From the NCBI RefSeq assembly GCF_032062105.1, contig NW_026934446.1, positions 1 through 60,309 of the forward strand: 60,309 bases of DNA, written 5' to 3'. A model generated the notes under the pieces. It searched no databases. It was not told the origin of the DNA and was given only the letters and a program-made list of their open reading frames with translations. Origin of the DNA: Saccostrea cucullata (lineage: Eukaryota). Below are positions 50,123 through 60,309 of the stretch, piece by piece. Made by a program: the position numbers and the translations under genes. How positions within the stretch are numbered: position 1 is the stretch's first letter; each line of letters opens with the position of its first letter.

Positions 50123-52855
50123 CAATACAAAAAAAGACTTCCTGATCAACATGACCAATTCAAATATTTGATACAATTATTGACATTGTATTGTAGCTCA
50201 AATATCAGGATAGATACATATCTGCCTTCTGAAAAAATTATATTATAATATCTGTTTAAAGTACAATCTAGATTCTACTCGTAAACTAGACACAGGACAG
50301 TACTTGATAGGGAACAGCCTAACTAAGACTGCAAAGATAAAATCCGTAACCATGCATACTATTTTTTAAGAGTTGACTTCTAGATTGGTTCAAAAGTTGA
50401 AATACATGTACTACGTTTGAGTGAAGTACATTTGACTGATGATTTGAGTGGACTTGGTTATCAGTCGGTCAGGTTATATATGTACATTACCACACTGTTG
50501 TAAGCGTGAAGCTCTCCTGCTCGTGGCTGTTTGATCACAAAATTTCCTAATCTTTAATTATCTTGATGCCTCAATCTTTATTGTGACGTCATATGACATT
50601 GTAAGTGAACATGGGTTTCTTTCCATCCCAATTGAAATGAACAATTTACATTCATTCAACAGTGTTTCTTACACTGCGACTGGGTATCATGATCAAACTT
50701 AAGTAAAATATCTTACTTTGCTTTATTTGCAAATGGTCAGTATTTTAATGAGCTACAAAATATTAATGATCGAGCTACAAAATGTTCTTTCTCATTTGAC
50801 CACGGTCAGAATGGGAGAAGGTTGTACATTTTGGCCGTGGTTGCAACAATGGGTTATGTATAATTTGACTTGATACTTTGTGGATTAACTACAGAATACT
50901 GCATCTGCAGATTCTAAATTTTAAAAAAAATCATTTATTTCTTAGTACTCAATTGTAAAAATTGACCTTTAAAATCACATGGGTTTACCATGTTTAAATG
51001 CCTTAATCGCTCAGAATTTTGAGTTTTTGATTTTTTGTAACACTAAATCTGTTTTACATAATCGGTACCATTTTTATATAATCTTATTAAAAAAAAAAAC
51101 AAAAAAAACATTGTTTATACATACCCTCTGAGTGAAATCCAGATGAAAATTTATTGCGTGTCCTGTGAATATTTTAGCGAAAATATTATGCTTGTTCATT
51201 GTCCATCACCTTTCCATGCTTACACGTTGCACACACTAGGGCTATTTCACCTACTTAAATCGCATCACAAAAAGGATAAATCATCGCATTTTAGCTGCAA
51301 TAAATATCAAATAACTATACTGTTACGATAACTTCGCAAGATGAAGATTTACTTCCAACTTCCACTATGTCGCCATTTCGTTTCTTTACGATTGCAATAC
51401 GACAAAACGAAATTCGTTAAAAATCGCTAATTTTTTCGGTAAAAGTGAAAACAGATAAAGGAAAGTCATTAAATACATATTACAAATAAAAGCTACTCCA
51501 AAAATAATTTTTAATGGCTTAAAAAAGCGATGCTATTTTTGAATTATCCACTTCCGGCAGGATAATCCTACTTCCGTTAGCATTACTAGCATTGACCTAG
51601 TTTCAAACCAGCATCAGGATAAGGATCAAACCAGGATCAGGATAAGGATAACTAGCATCAAAATCAGCAAGCAAAGGAAGCATCAAAATCAGCAAGCATA
51701 GGAAGCACCAAAATCAGCATTGATGCTGTAACAAAATTATTTCCCTGCACTGTACCATTAACGTTTTTTTTTTTTTTTTCAAGTAAATTACCTAAATAGA
51801 AAACAGACGTGTCAGACTCATTTTTTCTTAAGCTCACGGTACCACATTGCACATCTCTAGACAGCCGTTGTCATTATGAGAAATGAAACTATCGCCGCCC
51901 TTAACTTTGCTTGAGACTAGCAAGTCAGATTAATTGAAAAATTCACAACTTTTAAAAAGCACAATTCAAACTACTAGTTCCCACAATTATTGCTTTAAAG
52001 AAAATATCACTAAATTTTTCGTTACAAATCTCTAAATTCTAGTTACACAAAATCAAAACATTCCTCGATATTTTGTTTTTACCAGAAACTTAATATAAAT
52101 AAGGAACAACAAAGGCGTCTCAGGTTGGGAGAGGTGAATTTCCACAACTTCATAATTGCTTCGGTTTATAATTTGAAGTGTTTTTGTTGCATTTCAAATA
52201 TCAAAATCTAGAAAAACACCTGAAAAACGTCAGATATTTTGGACTAATTTTCGGCACACAGAGCTCTTGAGCTGTGAGGGATGATTATCTTGCCATCACC
52301 TGACGCGACTCAGGTTATCGGTTTTTGAGGTCCGACTGACCCATTTCCTGAAGTTAAAATGCCGGGCGCTTGGCAAAGAACAATCACTATCTTTGCTTAT
52401 AATTTATGTTAGGACACGGTGCAGCATTCGAACACTGGATTCCTAATCGCAAAGCGAAACCACATTTCTTGTCAACTGTGTTTGATGAACGATAATTTTG
52501 TAATATGAAAACCTCTTTGTAAAATTCTTTGGTTTTTTGGGTTGGGTATATTATTCATTTAAAACAGTTTGACTAGTTTTTTGGCATTAGATTTCAAACA
52601 ATCAAGTGAGGCCTATTTAGTTTACCTACCATATTAGAGCAAAGGTATCCACTCTGTGTAAATCTCTTCAGAGGATTTTTTTCTTTTTCATGAGTTTTGA
52701 ATTTCGACTTTTAATAAGTTTGATAATGCTGTAAAAAGTCTAAATGTCAATTTTAAACGTTAGGCATAATTTTCATGCAAAATTTGATAAAAATCAACTT
52801 AAAACTTTACAACTGTTTATAAGCGAATATAAGTCAGTAATCCTAACAATGATGT

Positions 52856-53518
52856 TCTACCCAGCATATAGTGGTAAAATGTAAATCATAATGACCATTA
52901 CACTTTGATCAATCAATCTACCCAGAATATAGTGGTAAAATGTACATCATAATGACCATTACACTTTGATCAATCAATCTACCCAGAATATAGTGGTAAA
53001 ATGTACATCATAATGACCATTACACTTTGATCAATCAATCTACCCAGCATATAGTGGTAAAATGTAAATCATAATGACCATTACACTTTGATCAATCAAT
53101 CTACCCAGAATATAGTGGTAAAATGTACATCATAATGACCATTACACTTTGATCAATCAATCTACCCAGCATATAGTGGTAAAATGTAAATCATAATGAC
53201 CATTACACTTTGATCAATCAATCTACTCAGCATATAGTGGTAAAATGTAAATCATAATGACCATTACACTTTGATCAATCAATCTACCCAGCATATAGTG
53301 GTAAAATGTAAATCATAATGACCATTACACTTTGATCAATCAATCTACCCAGCATATAGTGGTAAAATGTAAATCATAATGACCATTACACTTTGATCAA
53401 TCAATCTACCCAGCATATAGTGGTAAAATGTAAATCATAATGACCATTACACTTTGATCAATCAATCTACTCAGCATATAGTGGTAAAATGTAAATCATA
53501 ATGACCATTACACTTTGA
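52856..53518. repeat. 61-bp minisatellite, about 11 near-identical copies
   Basis: Unit TCTACCCAGCATATAGTGGTAAAATGTAAATCATAATGACCATTACACTTTGATCAATCAA, period 61. Confidence 0.97.
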
Positions 53519-53549
53519 ATAAGTTTATTAAAATATTTGAAGCATATAT

Positions 53550-54210
53550 CGTCGCTGTAATATCAAAATGTCGTAAGTCGATTTTTGGCGCGAAATTTTT
53601 ATTGCTATTTTCAAAATCTGCAATATCGAATACATGTTCTGTCAAAACGTCATGTCTCTAGGCCAATTAGAAAGTGAAATACAGACGTGTAATAAAAGCG
53701 CGTATGTCCATCGGAAGCATTTTTTTCTGACAAAAGGTCGTATGTCTCTGGGCACTGACAATGATGTCACTGGCAGTCTGCATATCAAGGGAAAAATTAT
53801 AATTTTAGTTAAATCTTTCATAATTTTTATTAAAATATGTGTTCAACATACAAAACAAAGTATATTTATTTAATAAACAGAGAAATCAATAGATCAATTG
53901 ATGAAAAGTTAGATGTTAGGTTACTTCATGACAAACTGAATTGTTTTCGCAGTTTGTAACTGCAATCAATTTATGAGTATGTTAATTGATATAATACATT
54001 TTAGAGCGTTCTAATATCAGATTTGTACGCTTACAATACATTGGGAGGGTTTGTTTCAATGCTTTTCTGGAGATACGACAATTTGTACTGAAAAAACATC
54101 CAGGACAAAAAAGAAAACTCTTGACATACGACATTTTAAAAAAATATGTTTTTTGTCTCTCCTGAGAAGTTGGGATTTTTGACTTACGACAATTTGATAT
54201 TACAGCGACG
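53550..54210. mobile_element. MITE with 30-bp TIRs
   Basis: CGTCGCTGTAATATCAAAATGTCGTAAGTC / GACTTACGACAATTTGATATTACAGCGACG, flanked by ATAT; absent near 20560 in copy 1. Confidence 0.85.
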
Positions 54211-55446
54211 ATATTTGATTAACTAACTCAGGACATAAAAACATATTAAAAGATGAATTGGAGAAGATACGGTGGATTTATTCAGGGGAAAAAAAAAAAA
54301 GATTTGAAATTTTTGGAACCATTAAATTTGTTGTTCATTGTCTTCTTCTTCTTTCTCTGAAAAAATCACCGAAAAATGCAATGTGTTACTCAATCATTAA
54401 TTTTGATACAAATCTAAGCATTACATAAATATTGCATGTAGTTGAGTGTAACATTGAAAATTTTCACCCCAAGAAAACCATTGTCAACCGAGGCGCAGTT
54501 TATATTTATTATATTATACTGAATGTTTTTAACAAATACATATTACAGTGAACCGTGCGCGCATAAATTCCGCGCAGTCGCTATTTTTTGTAATACCACC
54601 CGTCGTCAAGCAATGTTGACTGTTGCTACTCAGGAGGGCGTGGCTTCATTATTCAGTGGGTAGTAGTGTTTCTTATCAAATGTTTCTCGACGAATCAGAT
54701 TCAAGTAATTTACATGAAAGTATAATATTATGAAATAGTAAACCCACAGTATACAGAACTCATTGACATTATGAAAGTTTTATAATAACATGTCCTATGA
54801 AACTTAAAATTACGGATTGAAAAAAAAGTTTTATCCCATAAGCTATAGTTTCTTTTAACGTAAGGAACATCGATGACCGAAAAGTCATTCCAATTTCTTG
54901 ACCGAAAAAAGTAATAATCCAGGAGCATCGATATTTTGAAAATTTAATGAAAAGTTAGATGAACAGATAACGGAATTAAAGATTCAAAATATATACATGT
55001 ATATCGTATAAGTTGAAATTTTAGCGAGATGCAAATTAAGCGATTTGTCCTTAAAATGTAGTATTTTATTTTTAGCGAAATGTACTTTTAGCGATTTTAA
55101 AAAGCTTTATAAAGAAGCAATTACAAAAAGGTGCAATTAATTTTAGCGATATTAAATTTGAGCGATCCTGGCACCCTCGCTTATAATGTACTAATAAAAT
55201 CTTCGCTAAAAATATGTTTAAACGGTATAAATTTGCTAATAATTTTGCAAATTTTTGCTTTTTTCAGTGACAGAGTTAAGTACATTTCTGTTTTCAAACA
55301 AATATATTTTTTTTTGTATGAAGGATATCGATATCCATAAAACAATACAAAAAAGGAGCAGAGCAAACAAGGACCTCCGAAACATCAGAGGTGGGATCAG
55401 TCATTAACATTATAGGCGACTGTATGTCAGATTTCCAGCCTACCTA

Positions 55447-55905
55447 CATAAGCACCGCCTACACACGTGATTACCTTTAACATAAACACCGCCTACACAC
55501 GTGATTACCTCTAACATAAACACCGTCTACACACGTGATTACCTCTAACATAAACACCGTCTACACACGTGATTACCTTTAACATAAACACCGCCTACAC
55601 ACGTGATTACCTTTAACATAAACACCGCCTACACACGTGATTACCTCTAACATAAACACCGTCTACACACGTGATTACCTTTAACATAAACACCGCCTAC
55701 AGACGTGATAATCTTTAACATAAACACCGCCTACACAAGTGACTACCTTTAACATAAACACCGCCTACAGACGTGATTACCTTTAACATAAACACCGTCT
55801 ACACACGTGATTACCTTTAACATAAACACCGCCTACACACGTATTTACCTTTCACATAAACACCGACTACACACCTGATTTCCTTTAACATAAACACCGC
55901 CTACA
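55447..55905. repeat. 34-bp minisatellite, about 13.5 copies
   Basis: Same unit as 21796-22034 but more homogeneous. Confidence 0.97.
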
Positions 55906-58274
55906 ATGGGGATCGTCATACTTGATACAAGATGGATGACAGTCATGCCTCATTGGAGGACAGTACGCTACAATGTAAAACAAAGTAAAACAAATAAAGA
56001 GGACAAAATGCTACAATGTAAAACAAAAAAAATCAAAGATATGCATTCAATGTAATAAAATCTTTGTTTATCATTTATGATGTAGACATATGTTTTTATT
56101 AAATGTAAAGAAAAGAAATCAAAGACATGGATTCAGTGTAATATATTCTTTAATTATTAGTGTAGACAGAAGGTCCATTTATGGTATGTTTTTATTTGAT
56201 TTCATTCATCGGTCAAAACCTTCTGGATCTTATAACTCCCGCTGCCACTCATTCCAATCACGCGCCCGTTGCTGTAAACAGTTGATCCGCCACTGATTCC
56301 GTAAGGAGTCCCACCGTCGCCTCCCCTGGATCCACCGCTGAACTCTGATCCGCCACTAATATAACCAGATCCACCCGTCAGTACATTCATGAAAACACTA
56401 CCTAAGCTACCTCTAGAAGAACCTGAAAATGAACAAATAACACTACATCATTATATGAATAGATTTGAGACAGCCCGTGTATAAAATAACCGCCCATGAT
56501 AAGATCCACAAAAGCAATATCATTTAATCAGTCTCACCAGAATAAAAGACTTGTATTATATTCTAAGAGCTTTAAAGACAGATATGAATTCTCTTGATAA
56601 AATCATATGAAAGGGATTTTAAAGTCAGCAATCTAAAACAAACATACTTTTTGTCTTCTTGTAGGAAAATGTCACATCTGTTGCTATAATACTTATCTCA
56701 ATGAACAGAAATAGATTATCAAGAAAATACAACAAAATGATGGCTTTGATATGAATAAAAAGATGAAATAGCATTATGTAACTTCAGTCACAAAATTAGG
56801 ACAAAAATGCAATTTTAAAGAAAATTGACTTCAATTGTTTGGTGCGTGATACATATCGTGATATGAAGACCTTGTGATTGGCTTTAGGTACATATTATAA
56901 AGTCCAAAATTTCTTCAATTATTTGTTCAAACTTTCAAATTACAATTACAGAAAGTCTTCAAAAAATGTTGTAAAAGGTGAAAGAAAGGCATCTTACCAA
57001 CCCAATATGATTTATTCTATTTACATAAAAATTTCAAAATAATGAAATTTTGTTTATTAAGATATTGTGAAATCATTGTGATATTTTGGTAAATGATCGT
57101 GTTATATATCGCGATAAGAAATTTAGACCTGACCCATAAATATTACTGGTATGACACTTCTAGATCCGTGTCTTCCTCATGTGATTTGTAATTATCCGAC
57201 ACCTTTGTGTTTTTCCTTACCTGATCCACGTATGCGATTTTAAAGATAATTGACTTCGTCCTAACCTGGTATGAATGACATAACCCACAAATATTACTGT
57301 TATAACACTTCCGTGTCTGTCCTCACGTGAAACGTAGTGACCTGAACTGCACGACACTTTTGTGTTTTTTTTTTACCTGATCCACACGTGTGACTGTTAT
57401 GACATTTCTGTGTTTGAGTGACAACCATAGATTGTTTCTGTGGTTGGCGTGGCCTGTCTACATATATCGGTATTCCGTTCTCCGTCGCGTCCGGTTTTTG
57501 TATATATACTGTTTGTTTTTGTGGGCGTGGCCTATCTACGTATAAGGGTATTCCGTTCTCCGTCGAGTCTGGCTTTAGTATATACACTTTCTGAGGTGTA
57601 GGTTTCTGGATGAAGTAGGTATGAGGTTTTTCACATCCGTTACATTCCGTCTGTGTTCCTGGAGGAAATGGAGGAAAATAAACAACTCAATTTTGTGCAT
57701 TTAATTTTGAACATGTAACATCATAAAACGGGTACCAGTATTTCAAATTCAAATAAAATGTACCTGTAACATACACAGTCTGCTGCTGTGGGCGTGTTCT
57801 TACGTAAGACACCATCTGAGGCTTAATGGGCTCACAGTCATGATATTCGTTCGTACTTGTGACGTAAACAGTTTGTTTCTGTGGTCTAGGCTTTACGTAA
57901 GATACCATTTGTGGCGTGACGTCACAATCATGACACTCATTGTTACCACTGACGTAAAGTGAGTCTGTGTCTGCGGCCTTGGCTTTACGTAGGACACAAT
58001 TTGCGGGGTGACGTCACAATCAGTGCATTCATTGCCTCCTGTGACGTTAACAGTCTGCGTTTGCTTCGGAACAGTTTGAACATAGGTCAATGTTTCTGGT
58101 GTTGGGGTCAGGAAATCAATATATTCACTATCAATACATTGGTCTAAGATAAAATACAAACTTTCAAATTAAAAAAAAAATAAATTGTTTTGAAATAAAA
58201 TTTCGAAAGCTAGATTAATACGACATATAGGCGATTTACCGGCTGCTTAAGTTTATACGAAGGCCACTCACCGG

Positions 58275-58405
58275 TTGTCTGATTTTGTACTGTAGGCGAC
58301 TTACCTGTTGTCTCAGTTTATACTGTAGGCGACTTACCTGTTGTCTCAGTTTTTACTGTAGGCGACTTGCCTGTTGTCTCAGTTTAAACTGTAGACTACT
58401 TACCC
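58275..58405. repeat. 33-bp tandem repeat containing a splice donor
   Basis: TACTGTAGGCGACTTACCTGTTGTCTCAGTTT-type unit at 58288, 58321, 58354 and 58387. Confidence 0.9.
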
Positions 58406-59989
58406 GTCGTTTGTGTTTGTACGTAGCCCGCCAAACATTCACAGGTAGAACAACCGTCCACTCCACCCTTATAACTAACATGACGCAGGACAACTGAAGG
58501 AAGTTGTACAATCCACTTTGTGTTGCATGACAATCTCATGTGTGGCGTATCCTGTGACTTAGAAGGTTTGGATTTTCACAAATGTATTTTAATGTACAAG
58601 TTTACCGTAAACGTATTTCATATGGTGTGTTTAATATGTTGCAGAAATATACTTTGCAACTAGTTATTAGCCCCTTTATGAATTTCTTTTAATCTTAAAA
58701 AGACATAAATCTATGTAGTTTTATATTTTCAAATAAGATTTCTGTTTAAAATTGCAACCAACGCTTTTCCAATCTTGTCAGAACTTAACATAACGAACTA
58801 AAATTAAGTTATTGTTATTGCAGTATAAATTCTTTAACAAGTTAGGAATGAAGTTGCTTGCTGTTTTTCACAGATCCTTTGTCCTATTTGGTACTAAGTA
58901 GAATAGTATATCTTTGATTTATTATTAATTTTTTGTATGTATCTCTGGTTCTATATTAACCTGAGGGTAGAGCACAGTCACACGTGGGACACCCGTCTGT
59001 TCCACATTTATATCCCACACTGAAGCCATATAGTTACAGGTCAGTCTAGGACAGGTCAAGGTCACGACCTGGTGAACTACATAGAAAACACAATGTTAAA
59101 TATTACTCGGTAGGTAATCTGATAACGTAAAAGGTAAAACATATACTGGAGGAAGTTAATAGCGAGTCTCTACTTGATTATATGCTTGTTTATTAGACTA
59201 GGTATTGCAGTGCTTGGAAAATTTAACAACAGAAATATTTAAAATTGCATTAAATTCAGATACATGAAATTTAAAAGCCCAAATAGCATCAAGACGTTGG
59301 CCTAAATTGGTAATGTTAGACCAATGTAGGCAATTTACATTGGCTCAATGTTCTTTCGCTCATTGGCGCACCTTTGATCAAAAATGTTAAGCCTTTCTTG
59401 GTACACGGTTTTATGTTTATATGTCAATGTTTCAATACTGTTAAAATTGATTCGGAATTCATTCTTGCCATGTTTTTGCACACAAGCACTGTAAGTTAAG
59501 GTTAAATAACATATTTAAGTTGTTTCTATCTATATAATTCTTAACTGTCTATTACAAACACGATTGTAAAAAAGAAAGTCAGTCAGAGACTGGAAGGGAA
59601 ACAAATGTTGTGGCGGTAAATAACAATGAAATCGAAGACCATGCATAAAGAAGTGTATAATGTACGAGTGCGTATGACAAAGATCAAGACGAAGAAAATG
59701 GGAGGCGACGAAGGGACGGAAAAAGAGCGGGAATACAACAAAAGGACAGTAATAAAGGAAGTGAGCCCGGATTAAGAACATTGAATTGATAATTTTTCAT
59801 AATTTACCTCTATTATTAATTTTAAAATTTATTTTGTAAATTATGATTGAATTGATGTATATAAAATGTTATCACAGTGAATCATAAGTAATGTTTACAT
59901 TTAACATGTCCATGTATGCATTATGAATGCAGATTCAATTGTGTATTAATTATTTTAAACAGTCATGAAATAGGTTTATTTAAAGAATC

Positions 59990-60295
59990 ACTTAACCAAT
60001 TGCAATTGTTTCTATGTAATAACTACGTTGGCCCAGCAATTTGCCATCTGACATTGTAAAAAAAGGGTCAACATTGGGCCAACCTAACCAACCAGTGGTT
60101 AAGTTTGGCTGTTAGTTGGCATACATTAAAAACTACGTTGGCCTAACAATATGACATCTGACATTTCAACAAAGGACCAACGTTGGGCCAACCTAACCAA
60201 CCAGTTATTAAGATTGGCTGTTAGTTGTCAAACAATTATACCTACGTTGGCCCAACAATATGGCAACGTGTTGGACCAATGTTGGGCTGATGAGC
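59990..60295. repeat. About 110-bp tandem repeat with palindromic GTTGG(G/C)CCAAC cores, probably part of a transposon
   Basis: CTACGTTGGCC at about 60023, 60133 and 60242; related motif near 59295. Confidence 0.7.
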
Positions 60296-60309
60296 AAAAT
60301 TACCGTGGG

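Larger units (their letters stand above)
44146..51752. mobile_element. 7,607-bp TIR DNA transposon (TA TSD, CAGT termini; Tc1/mariner-pogo-like), no intact transposase seen
   Basis: 26-bp TIR CAGTGCAGGGAA(C/A)TAATTTTGTTACA with one mismatch; TA at 44144-44145 and 51753-51754; subterminal CAGCATCAGGAT / AGCATTGACCTA repeats at both ends; empty site in copy 1. Confidence 0.9.
54322..59076 (-). pseudogene. Gly/Ser-rich antistasin-like/KPRPQ-repeat gene, copy 2 (decayed); exons 59076-58961, 58551-58404, 58143-57764, 57658-57377, 56422-~56235, 54356-54322
   Basis: Exon-by-exon paralog of copy 1, with a +2 insertion (about 59030), a 5-bp deletion (about 58480), a frameshift near 57960 and a destroyed donor near 56232. 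Homology stops at about 59260. Confidence 0.8.
7068..59260 (+). other. Tandem segmental duplication: unit A about 7.07-25.75 kb, unit B about 35.92-59.26 kb
   Basis: Collinear homology of exons, introns, 3' flanks and shared TE remnants, with unit-specific insertions. Confidence 0.93.

Noticed and set aside
50430-50470. TGATGA within a small hairpin as a C/D snoRNA
   Set aside because: No properly placed D box or guide region.
52856-53518. Regular repeats (also 55447-55905 and 23300-23430) as CRISPR arrays
   Set aside because: Head-to-tail units with no unique spacers, no cas genes, eukaryotic context.

Overview
AT-rich eukaryotic (intron-containing) DNA, most likely from a bivalve mollusc such as an oyster. 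The taxon is inferred from the repeat families and gene types, not proven. The window is dominated by an imperfect tandem segmental duplication (about 7.07-25.75 kb versus about 35.92-59.26 kb). Each unit carries (i) a plus-strand NLR-like gene with the architecture DZIP3-type HEPN (RNase-like) - nSTAND3-type P-loop NTPase - ankyrin array, and (ii) a convergent minus-strand gene for a Gly/Ser-rich, antistasin-like Cys-repeat, KPRPQ-repeat protein resembling a matrix or shell protein. NLR copy 1 is intact (4 exons, 1920 aa, seven 402-bp four-ankyrin super-repeats). Copy 2 has two super-repeats, a 1-bp frameshift and a mosaic 3' end that looks like an assembly-consensus artefact. Both matrix-protein copies carry lesions. 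The rest is transposon-rich: several Penelope-like (Naiad-type) RT copies, one interrupted by an L1/Tx1 LINE (15-bp TSD, in-frame chimeric ORF) and a hAT-like MITE; a 7.6-kb TA-flanked TIR element with nested MITEs; Helentron-like, Ginger-like and mariner-like elements; SINE remnants; and young minisatellites. No rRNA, tRNA or CRISPR features were found.
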